A stretch of 64,000 nucleotides of DNA, taken from the NCBI GenBank assembly GCA_050015515.1, contig JBEKBG010000002.1:18777-82776 (forward strand), in the 5' to 3' direction. The stretch comes from Minisyncoccia bacterium (GTDB lineage: Bacteria > Patescibacteriota > Minisyncoccia > UBA6257 > 2-01-FULL-56-20). The notes under the pieces were generated by a model. It worked only from the letters and a program-made list of their open reading frames with translations, made no database searches and was not told the origin of the DNA. This document shows, piece by piece, positions 55,212-64,000 of the stretch (positions are counted from its first letter, which is position 1; each line of letters begins with the position of its first letter). The position numbers and the translations under genes are program-made.

Positions 55212-55603
55212 GAGAGAAACCGTTGATCCTTGTGGTGGATGATGAGCAGGACCTTCGGGAGATCATGGTGTTAAAGTTGAGCGCGTCGGGGTTTGAGGCG
55301 ATCGTCGCTACCGATGCAAAAGAAGGGGTCGCCGCGGCAAAGCAATCGCATCCCGATCTCATATTGATGGACATCCATATGCCGGGCGAGTCGGGAACCG
55401 ACGCGGCGCTTGAGATCAAACAGAATCCGGAAACGAAAGACATCAAAATCGCATTTTTGAGCAACCTCAAAGACCCATGGCCACGAACCGCGCCCGCGCG
55501 CAACGATCTGGCGAAGTCGCTCGGCATGGAGGACTTTATCGATAAAACAGAAGACTTGGATATTACTGTTGCAAAAGTGCGAGAAATTTTAGCACGCGCA
55601 TAG
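55208..55603 (+). CDS. single-domain response regulator receiver (CheY-like)
   Basis: LVVDDEQDLREI…LILMDIHMPG…; 131 aa; overlaps previous gene by 4 nt. Confidence 0.85.
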   Translation: MREKPLILVVDDEQDLREIMVLKLSASGFEAIVATDAKEGVAAAKQSHPDLILMDIHMPGESGTDAALEIKQNPETKDIKIAFLSNLKDPWPRTAPARNDLAKSLGMEDFIDKTEDLDITVAKVREILARA

Positions 55604-55678
55604 CAAAAGACCCTTCTTCTTTTTGACGGTTACGTTCCTACGTGGCATTTCCGTCAAAAAGAAGAAGGGTCTTTTGCT
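55602..55678. repeat. long palindromic element, family 2 between receiver gene and rpmE
   Basis: 28-bp perfect arms AGCAAAAGACCCTTCTTCTTTTTGACGG / reverse complement; core TTACGTTCCTACGTGGCATTT. Confidence 0.8.
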
Positions 55679-55684
55679 ATGCGC

Positions 55685-55927
55685 TTATTGTTTCTTCGGG
55701 CGTATTTTCTTCGGCTTCGGTTCAACCTTGGCGGCGCGGCGTGACTTGAACTTCTCTACGCGTCCTGCGGTGTCGATCAACTTCTCTTCTCCGGTGTAGA
55801 ACGGATGGCATTGCGCGCAAATTTCAACGCGGATCTCTTCCTGGGTGGCGCCGGTCGTGAACGTGTTGCCGCAGGCGCAGATGACCGTCGCCTTCGGAAA
55901 ATACTTTGGATGGATTCCTGTTTTCAT
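55685..55927 (-). CDS. rpmE: 50S ribosomal protein L31
   Basis: [23 protein letters not shown]… C…C…C..C zinc motif. Confidence 0.88.
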   Translation of the reverse strand: MKTGIHPKYFPKATVICACGNTFTTGATQEEIRVEICAQCHPFYTGEEKLIDTAGRVEKFKSRRAAKVEPKPKKIRPKKQ

Positions 55928-56020
55928 GATGTTGTCTATTATAGGGGATAAAATTTGGTTCGTCAAATAACGATAAAAAGTAGATGAGCCTGTCGCAGAT
56001 TGCGACAGGCTCAGGCGGGG

Positions 56021-56266
56021 TCACTTGTACTTCTTGGCCAATTCCTTCAGGGATAAGTGAACGAGATAGCTAACGGCCACGAAAACAATGAGTGATAGCC
56101 AGATCGGCGAGTTGTCGTAACCGTGATCGAAGGCTGCAAAAAGTGCGCCGATAAATCCGCTCGCGATCCATTCTATGATCGCAATCGCCAGTTCTCGCGG
56201 ATTGGCGGCGGTTTTTTGGGGCTGCTCTTCTGGAGCAGGCCAACCCATTTTCTCAGGTTTATCCAT
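56021..56266 (-). CDS. small membrane protein, hypothetical
   Basis: 81 aa with two hydrophobic helices. Confidence 0.35.
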   Translation of the reverse strand: MDKPEKMGWPAPEEQPQKTAANPRELAIAIIEWIASGFIGALFAAFDHGYDNSPIWLSLIVFVAVSYLVHLSLKELAKKYK

Positions 56267-56321
56267 AAGACCCCCTCCTTTGGGAGTGCTGGTGATATAC
56301 TAACATATAATATCCGATATT

Positions 56322-56407
56322 GTCAATAGCAGGGATGCCCGGCCTTATATGCCTCTAGGCAGGTGACCGTTTGGTATACAGGCCGGGCATCCCTGCGCCC
56401 TATTGAC
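56322..56407. repeat. inverted repeat (15-bp core arms CAGGGATGCCCGGCC) whose outer arms carry opposed TTGACA/TGTCAA -35 boxes
   Basis: CAGGGATGCCCGGCC-36 nt-GGCCGGGCATCCCTG; outer GTCAATA…TATTGAC. Confidence 0.6.
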
Positions 56408-56430
56408 ACCCTGCCGCCATTTGCTACAAT
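56403..56430 (+). promoter_or_regulatory. 16S rRNA promoter TTGACA-N16-TACAAT
   Basis: TTGACA 56403-56408, TACAAT 56425-56430. Confidence 0.6.
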
Positions 56431-56587
56431 AGACCTCGTTGTATCGAGCTGACCTTTCACAATTAAATGGTAAGGAAAAAAGAGAGAGTTTTTTAGTTGT
56501 CCCAATTTATTCTTTTTGGCAACGTTAAGAAGTAATCAAATGTTGCAAAGCAAAAAACATAGGATCATCGTCTGAAGTTTTTGAGAC

Positions 56588-58140
<1,553 letters not shown>

Positions 58141-58271
58141 TAATCTATAAAATTCGTTTTTATAGAGTCGAACTTTCTTCTCTTTGGCCAGCGAATCGAT
58201 CGCAGGCGAAAGCGAGGGAGGTAATTGGGACAACTAAAAAGCTCTTTGTATAAATATGGTAGAATATATCT

Positions 58272-58649
58272 ATGCCTGTTAATGCCAAAAAGATCATGAT
58301 CATCGAGGACGACCGTTTTTTGTCGTCCTTAATGAAGGCGCGCCTTGAGAAGGAGGGTTTTGTGGTGACGCAGGCGTTTGACGGGGAGGAGGCGATGGAG
58401 ATGTTGAAGCAAGATATCCCGTCGCTCATCATCCTCGATCTCATCATGCCGAAGGTCACTGGATTCGAGGTGTTGCAGATGATCTCGATCACGCCGCAGC
58501 TTGAAAAGGTGCCGGTCGTCATCGTAAGCAACCTTGCCCAGGATTCTGATATTGAGAAAGCACAACAGCTTGGGGCAAAAGAATATTTCGTGAAGGTAAG
58601 AGTATCCATAGACGACCTTATTGAAAAAATAAAGACATTGGTGCTATAA
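58272..58649 (+). CDS. single-domain response regulator receiver
   Basis: IMIIEDDRFL…LIILDLIMP…; 125 aa. Confidence 0.85.
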   Translation: MPVNAKKIMIIEDDRFLSSLMKARLEKEGFVVTQAFDGEEAMEMLKQDIPSLIILDLIMPKVTGFEVLQMISITPQLEKVPVVIVSNLAQDSDIEKAQQLGAKEYFVKVRVSIDDLIEKIKTLVL

Positions 58650-58671
58650 TGACCGACATCCGCATAAAACA

Positions 58672-58974
58672 ATGATCAGCGAAGAAATCCTCAAAAAAAT
58701 AAAGCCGGGCGCGAAGGTCAAGGTGTACGAGGGCAAGACCCCGTTCGCCGGTTTAGTGATCGCACGCAAACACGGCTCCGAGCCGGGTGCGACGTTCACC
58801 GTCCGTACCACCCTTGCCGGCGTCGGCGTGGAGAAGGTGTTTCCGATCCACTCGCCATCCATCGTCAAGATCGATGTCGTTTCTTCGCCGAAGAAAGTGC
58901 ATCGTTCCAAGCTGTATTTCGTTCGGAATATCTCCGCGGCGAAGATCCGGCAGAAGTTAGACGTTTCGATGTAA
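58672..58974 (+). CDS. rplS: 50S ribosomal protein L19
   Basis: …KPGAKVKVYEG…FAGLVIARKHGSEPGATFTVR…VEKVFPIHSPSIVKIDV…. Confidence 0.85.
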   Translation: MISEEILKKIKPGAKVKVYEGKTPFAGLVIARKHGSEPGATFTVRTTLAGVGVEKVFPIHSPSIVKIDVVSSPKKVHRSKLYFVRNISAAKIRQKLDVSM

Positions 58975-58977
58975 AGC

Positions 58978-59051
58978 AAAAATAAAAAGTATAGCCCTCT
59001 CGCTCCAACGTAGGAACGTCCACTCGCTTGAGGGCTATACTTTTTATTTTT
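58978..59051. repeat. long palindromic element, family 3 after rplS
   Basis: 22-bp arms AAAAATAAAAAGTATAGCCCTC / reverse complement; core TCGCTCCAACGTAGGAACGTCCACTCGCTT. Confidence 0.8.
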
Positions 59052-59079
59052 TTCCTTTACAATAGGAGAAGAAAAGAAT

Positions 59080-59160
59080 GCGCGGGTGGCGAAATGGCAG
59101 ACGCACTACCTTGAGGTGGTAGCGCCGAAAGGCGTGGAGGTTCGACTCCTCTCCCGCGCA
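59080..59160 (+). tRNA. tRNA-Leu (anticodon GAG), type II with long variable arm, no encoded CCA
   Basis: GCGCGGG-TG-GCG-AAATGGCAGA-CGC-A-CTACC-TTGAGGT-GGTAG-CGCCGAAAGGCGT-GGAGG-TTCGACT-CCTCT-CCCGCGC-A. Confidence 0.85.
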
Positions 59161-59212
59161 CAAAAATAAAACAGGTCGGAATCATTGATCCCGACCCGGA
59201 GCCGTCATGCGG

Positions 59213-59443
59213 CTATTTGCCGTACTCTGAATTTTGCAGAGCCCTCAGATATCCCACCACCACGTTGCCATAGATGAATTTACCATCTTTCTCAACTAGC
59301 GGATGCGGAAGCCCAAGGTTGATCAGCTCAAGATCTTCATTCACGTGAGCATCCCTGAAACCTCTTTTTGCGAGCGCTTTCACGACAGGCATTATTTTCG
59401 CGGGAATCGCTTTGCGATTTTCCACGGGTTCAAAGAAGAGCAT
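59213..59443 (-). CDS. hypothetical small protein
   Basis: 76-aa ORF, no clear motif. Confidence 0.3.
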   Translation of the reverse strand: MLFFEPVENRKAIPAKIMPVVKALAKRGFRDAHVNEDLELINLGLPHPLVEKDGKFIYGNVVVGYLRALQNSEYGK

Positions 59444-59578
59444 GGGAAGCTCCTTTCGTCCTCATTTCATTAAAGCCCATTGTGCCGTAAATATCAATTC
59501 GTAATCGGCTAACATCGTATATCAATAAATGCGGTATACTATAAGAACAAAAAATATTCGTGATTATCTTGCATAACG

Positions 59579-60160
59579 ATGGAAACCGAGATCGAAGCAA
59601 AATTTTTGGACATCGATCCTATCGCAGTGCGCGCGAAGTTAAAAGCGCTTGGCGCGGCGCTCATCTATCCCGAAGTGTTGATGAAACGAAAAGTGTTCGA
59701 TCATCCGACGAACAAGCAAAGCGATTGGCTCCGAGTGCGCGATGAAGGGGATAAGATCACGATGAGCTATAAGAAGGTCATCGATCGGACGGTGCATGGC
59801 ACCAAAGAGATAACCATAAAAGTTTCCAATTTTGATGATGCGTGCGCGATCCTCTTGGCGGCACAGCTTCGGCAGGCGGCGTATCAAGAAACGCGTCGGG
59901 AAACATGGCGGTTGGATGAAACGGAGATCATGATAGACACGTGGCCGTGGATACCGACCTTTGTAGAGATCGAAGCGCCTTCCGAAGAAAAGTTAAAAGC
60001 TGCGGCAAGAAAATTGGGATTGCAATGGGGTGATGCGCTCTATGGCAGTGTGGAACCGGCATACCAAAAATATTACGACGTGACCGAAAAAGAAATCGAT
60101 AGCTGGCCGGAGATAGTTTTTGGCCCCGTTCCCGACTGGCTCCTCCGGCGGAAAAAATGA
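59579..60160 (+). CDS. CYTH-domain protein (triphosphate tunnel metalloenzyme / class IV adenylyl cyclase-like)
   Basis: N-terminal EIEAKF (ExExK) motif; 193 aa. Confidence 0.75.
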   Translation: METEIEAKFLDIDPIAVRAKLKALGAALIYPEVLMKRKVFDHPTNKQSDWLRVRDEGDKITMSYKKVIDRTVHGTKEITIKVSNFDDACAILLAAQLRQAAYQETRRETWRLDETEIMIDTWPWIPTFVEIEAPSEEKLKAAARKLGLQWGDALYGSVEPAYQKYYDVTEKEIDSWPEIVFGPVPDWLLRRKK

Positions 60161-60173
60161 TTTGATGCGATCT

Positions 60174-60302
60174 CCAGAAAAGGACAAGCCCAGTACATTC
60201 TTTTGAGGGTATGCCGGAGCCGCGAAGGCGGCGAGGCGTAGCGATTTTTCAGTAGAAAAATACGCGACCCTCAAAAGAATGTACTGGGCTTGTCCTTTTC
60301 TG
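60174..60302. repeat. long palindromic element, family 1 (inverted core orientation)
   Basis: 35-bp perfect arms CCAGAAAAGGACAAGCCCAGTACATTCTTTTGAGGG / reverse complement; core reverse complement contains CTCGCCGCCTTCGCGGCTCCGGC. Confidence 0.8.
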
Positions 60303-60325
60303 ATGGTCTGTTATAATCATTTCCA

Positions 60326-61609
60326 ATGAGGCGCCATCCAGGCCTATTTTTATCCTTTATCGTCATCCTCGCTATTATCGCGGGGGTTTTCGTGTATCCG
60401 AAAGGCGTGGGCGAAAAAGCGGAGCCGTGGAAGCTCGGGCTTGATCTTGTGGGCGGCAGCCATTTAGTCTATCAGATCGACCTTTCAAACGTCTCGTCGA
60501 CCGACCAGGCTTCGGTGGTTTCCGGTCTGCGTGACGTGATCGAGAAGCGCGTCAACCTGTTCGGCGTCAGCGAGCCGGATATTTATACCTCACAAAGCGG
60601 CAATCAAGCCCAGCTTTTTGTGGATCTCGCCGGCATCAGCAATGTGAGCGACGCGATCAATGAGATCGGGCAGACGCCGCTCTTGCAATTTGAAACGGTG
60701 GTCCAACCTATCGGATCGACCGGATCGAGCACGCTGTTGGATACGCAATCATCCAGCACGCAATATATTCCGACAAACCTGACCGGGCAGTATGTTACCG
60801 GCGCGCAGCTGACGTTTGATTCAACGACGAACGCGCCGCAGGTTTCGATCTCTTTCAATAGCCAGGGTGCTACGCTTTTCCAGCAGATCACGGCGGCGAA
60901 CGTCGGCAAGCCGCTGGCGATATTCCTTGATGGACAGCTTATTGAGGCGCCGACGGTGGAGCAGGCGATCTCCGGCGGACAAGCGGTCATCAGTGGGGGA
61001 TTCACGGTCGCGACCGCACAGCAACTGGTGGAACGGTTCAACGCCGGCGCGCTTCCTGCGCCGATCACGCTCGTCAGCCAGCAAACGATCAGCCCCACAC
61101 TCGGGAGCAATTCATTGAAGCAATTGATCATTGCCGGCATCATCGGCACCTTGCTTGTGATGCTCTTTATGATCTTCTATTACCGCCTGCTCGGTATCTT
61201 TGCCGCGCTTGCACTCATAATCTACATTGCGCTCACCCTCGGCGTCTTCAAGCTGATCTCTGTCACCCTGAGCCTCGCCGGCCTTGCGGGCTTCATTCTC
61301 ACCATTGGCATGGCGGTGGACGCGAACGTGCTTATTTTTGAACGCGTCAGAGAAGAGCTCAAACGGGGATTGCCAAAGTCTTCCGCCATCGAGGAAGGGT
61401 TCCGGCGTGCATGGCCTTCCATCCGCGACTCGAACAGCTCCACCATCATCACCGCGATCATCCTTTACTTCTTTACCTCCAGCTTTGTGCAGGGTTTCGC
61501 GCTCACGCTCGGCATTGGAACGATCGTCAGCCTCTTCAGCGCAATCACCACCACACGCCTCTTCCTGCGTTTCTTCTTGAAAGACGATAAAGTACCCGCC
61601 AAAGTATAA
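60326..61609 (+). CDS. secD: protein translocase subunit SecD
   Basis: N-terminal TM, periplasmic domain, C-terminal 5 to 6 TM bundle; 427 aa. Confidence 0.9.
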   Translation: MRRHPGLFLSFIVILAIIAGVFVYPKGVGEKAEPWKLGLDLVGGSHLVYQIDLSNVSSTDQASVVSGLRDVIEKRVNLFGVSEPDIYTSQSGNQAQLFVDLAGISNVSDAINEIGQTPLLQFETVVQPIGSTGSSTLLDTQSSSTQYIPTNLTGQYVTGAQLTFDSTTNAPQVSISFNSQGATLFQQITAANVGKPLAIFLDGQLIEAPTVEQAISGGQAVISGGFTVATAQQLVERFNAGALPAPITLVSQQTISPTLGSNSLKQLIIAGIIGTLLVMLFMIFYYRLLGIFAALALIIYIALTLGVFKLISVTLSLAGLAGFILTIGMAVDANVLIFERVREELKRGLPKSSAIEEGFRRAWPSIRDSNSSTIITAIILYFFTSSFVQGFALTLGIGTIVSLFSAITTTRLFLRFFLKDDKVPAKV

Positions 61610-61622
61610 ATCATTTACCACC

Positions 61623-62522
61623 ATGCTTAACATTGTAGGACACAAAAAAATCTGGTTCACGATATCCATCCTCCTGGTGGGCATTGCCGTCGTTGCCATT
61701 GCGGCGTTCGGTTTCCAGGAAAGCGCGGAGTTGAAAGGGGGAACGTTATGGGAGCTTAAGGTCCCCGGGCAAAACCTTTCCGCTGCCGCCGTGCAAACTT
61801 TTTTCCAGAATAGCCTCCACGTGCCCGATGCACAAGTGACGGTGGATAATGGCAACCAGTCGTTCTTGGTGGTCTTTGGATCGGTCAGCGAAACGGTCCA
61901 TCAGCAATATATAAGTGAGCTCACTGCCCAGTGGCCATCATTTCAAGAACTGAGCTTCCAATCCATCAGTTCTTCGGTGGGGGCGAATCTTCGCAATGCG
62001 TCCATCATCGGGATCCTTCTTGTGTTGATTGGCATCTCGCTCTATATCGCGTTCGCGTTCCGAAAAGCGTCGCGGCCGATCAGCTCGTGGAAGTACGGGT
62101 GGATCACGCTGATGACATTGTTCCACGACGTGGCCATCCCGGCCGGCATGCTTGCCATCCTTGGCCATTATATGAATGTGCAGCTCAATTCGGACATCAT
62201 CGTGGCCTTGCTCGTCGTCATGGGATTTTCCGTGCATGATACGATCGTGGTCTTTGATCGCATCCGCGAAAATCTTCTGAATCACCGCGGCAAGATGCCG
62301 TTCGCTACGATCGTAAACGACAGTGTAAACCAGACGCTTGCGCGTTCCATCAACACTTCGCTCACGCTCATTCTCGTGCTGCTTTCGCTCTATTTCGTCG
62401 GCCCGGCGGACCTTAAATATTTTGTGCTGACGCTGCTCGTGGGAGTGACGACGGGTATCTACTCGTCGATCTTCATCGCGAGCCCGGCGCTCGTGGCGAC
62501 GAGCAGAAATGAAAGCGTCTAG
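61623..62522 (+). CDS. secF: protein translocase subunit SecF
   Basis: 299 aa, typical SecF TM topology, adjacent to secD. Confidence 0.9.
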   Translation: MLNIVGHKKIWFTISILLVGIAVVAIAAFGFQESAELKGGTLWELKVPGQNLSAAAVQTFFQNSLHVPDAQVTVDNGNQSFLVVFGSVSETVHQQYISELTAQWPSFQELSFQSISSSVGANLRNASIIGILLVLIGISLYIAFAFRKASRPISSWKYGWITLMTLFHDVAIPAGMLAILGHYMNVQLNSDIIVALLVVMGFSVHDTIVVFDRIRENLLNHRGKMPFATIVNDSVNQTLARSINTSLTLILVLLSLYFVGPADLKYFVLTLLVGVTTGIYSSIFIASPALVATSRNESV

Positions 62523-62683
62523 TGGCGAGAGAGCAAAGTTATCCCCAGTTTCTTGACGGCGTTTGCAATTTAGTTTAGTATGAGTTACAATAGAACAGGA
62601 TAAATAAGGTGGGAAGTCCAGTGAGGGATTGAGCACTTGACATTTATCTTAATATAATATAAAATATCCTTGATGTAAAAAAT

Positions 62684-63715
62684 ATGGCATCTATCACTAA
62701 AATCATCACTAATTCGCTGAATGGCCTTAACCCCCGTCAAAAGGAGGTTATCACGGCTCGTTTTGGGTTGGACGGCAAGACGGACGGGGAGACGCTCGCC
62801 GCGATCGGCGACCGAATGGACGTCACCCGTGAGCGTGTTCGCCAGATCGAGAATGGCGCAATCACGCTCGTAAAGGCGAATATCGCAAAGAATCCGGAAG
62901 CCGGCGCAGCGTTGGAGAAGGTCAAGAAGTTCATTGCCGCGCGCGGTGGGGTATCGGGCAAGCCCGATGTCGTCCGGTATGCGGCGACGCTTGCAAGCGG
63001 CGTACAGGAGAACCACCTCGATTTTCTGGCGGAAGCCTCCGGCGTTTTTAATCTTCACCGCGAGGATGATGCGTTTGAGCCTTTTTATTATGTGACCGAC
63101 AAAGATCAGAGGACTGCAAGCGCGTTCGTGAATGGCTGGGTCGGGTTTTTGAAATCCCACAAGGAGAAGGTCTTTGCAGATTCATACCAGGTTCAACTCG
63201 CAAGCTTTTTGAAGACGAAGTCGGTCGCGCAGGAGATCGCCGAAAATTATTTGAGTATCGCGAAGCAAATCGATAAGAATCCGTATGGCGACATGGGTTT
63301 GAGCGAGTGGCCGGAGATCAACCCGGCGACGGTACGGGATAAGATCTATCTTGTGCTCAAAAAGAAAGCCGAGCCATTGCACTTTGAGGACATCGCTACG
63401 CATATCAACAAAGTTGGCTTTGACGATCAGAAGGCGCTTGCGCCCACTGTGCATAACGAGCTCATCAAAGACAGCCGTTTCGTACTCGTCGGCCGTGGCA
63501 TGTACGGTCTGAAAGAGCACGGCTATGAGCCGGGAACCGCGCGCGAGGTCATCGCCAAGGTCCTGAAGACCAAGGGTCCGCTCAAAGCGAATGACGTTGT
63601 GACGCACGTGAACCAGCAGCGTTTCTTCAAGCAGAATACCATCCTCATTAACCTCCAGAACCGGAACTTTTTTGAACGTATGAACGACGGTCGCTATCGC
63701 GTCCGGGAATCCTAG
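62684..63715 (+). CDS. sigma-70 region 4 HTH plus C-terminal HARE-HTH-like domain protein
   Basis: LNPRQKEVITARFGLDG…ETLAAIGDRMDVTRERVRQIENGAI (region 4); C-terminus HFEDIATHINKVGFDDQ… resembles RpoE/delta-type HARE-HTH. Confidence 0.55.
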   Translation: MASITKIITNSLNGLNPRQKEVITARFGLDGKTDGETLAAIGDRMDVTRERVRQIENGAITLVKANIAKNPEAGAALEKVKKFIAARGGVSGKPDVVRYAATLASGVQENHLDFLAEASGVFNLHREDDAFEPFYYVTDKDQRTASAFVNGWVGFLKSHKEKVFADSYQVQLASFLKTKSVAQEIAENYLSIAKQIDKNPYGDMGLSEWPEINPATVRDKIYLVLKKKAEPLHFEDIATHINKVGFDDQKALAPTVHNELIKDSRFVLVGRGMYGLKEHGYEPGTAREVIAKVLKTKGPLKANDVVTHVNQQRFFKQNTILINLQNRNFFERMNDGRYRVRES

Positions 63716-63774
63716 GCCGGTTTTTACGGCCAGCGTTTTGCACTTTGTCGTTTCACGGTTGATAATAAGCATAT

Positions 63775-64000
63775 ATGGCTCATATCGTATCAGGCATTTT
63801 GGGAAGCATCCTCGTGGTGTGGGGAGTGGTATGGTGGTTTGTTCTGCCCCTCATCGCTATCCTGATTTTTTGGGAAGTGTGGCGTTTTCGTTTGCATTAC
63901 CAGTTTATCACCGACATCAAATGGAAGCTGTTGGAGATCAAGGTGCCGAAGACCATCCTCAAAACACCGAAGGCGATGGAACAGATCTTTGCCGCCGCCC
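63775..64000 (+). CDS. partial hypothetical membrane protein (runs off window end)
   Basis: ATG 63775, open to 64000; MAHIVSGILGSILVVWGVVWWFVLPLIAILIFWEVW…. Confidence 0.4.
   Translation, partial: MAHIVSGILGSILVVWGVVWWFVLPLIAILIFWEVWRFRLHYQFITDIKWKLLEIKVPKTILKTPKAMEQIFAAA

Noticed and set aside
58141-58271. Possibility that the 16S continues into an intron or 3' exon carrying CCUCC
   Set aside because: No CCTCC-containing segment lies between GGATCA and the precursor-stem trailer at 58224, and the gene length (about 1550 nt) leaves no room for an intron. The conclusion is kept as a finding but flagged for verification.

Overview
This 64-kb window looks like the translation core of a small-genome bacterium, probably a CPR/Patescibacteria-like lineage. 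Evidence: the ribosomal-protein cluster lacks L30, S14 is the Zn type, many proteins are single-domain, the 16S is divergent, and almost no gene has a Shine-Dalgarno sequence.

Confidently recognised genes: rpsL-rpsG, fusA, a SAM-I riboswitch with metK, tuf, hom, rpsJ, a contiguous rplC-to-rplO block followed by secY, adk plus two adk paralogs, map, greA, lysS, dnaE, pgk, an nrnA-like DHH protein, RNase H, cfa, an mgtA-like ATPase with mgtC, aspS, two NUDIX hydrolases, an RF1-like protein without its N-domain, rpmE, rplS, secDF, three stand-alone receiver proteins, a complete 16S rRNA gene with no adjacent 23S, RNase P RNA, tRNA-Ala, tRNA-Thr and tRNA-Leu. There are many near-consensus sigma70 promoters of the form TTGACA-N16/17-TACAAT.

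Most unusual observations:
- At least eleven long, mostly perfect, locus-specific palindromes sit at gene 3' ends. Their arms contain the host gene's stop codon and last codons, and they embed conserved structured cores that fall into three related families, with compensatory changes in inner hairpins.
- Two copies of an unknown ~140-aa protein family each have a convergent, strongly promoted, terminator-ended ~85-nt sRNA abutting or overlapping the gene's 3' end.
- The 16S 3' end reads GGATCA-ATTAAAC instead of GGATCA-CCTCCTT, so it has no anti-SD. Genes match this: almost none has an SD, and several mRNAs are leaderless.
- A 1.3-kb insertion carrying a Bro-N gene sits inside the metK SAM-riboswitch region, flanked by a ~55-bp direct repeat of the riboswitch 3' half.
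- There are two ORF-free segments bounded by a promoter and a terminator, of about 630 nt and about 210 nt, whose identity is unknown.
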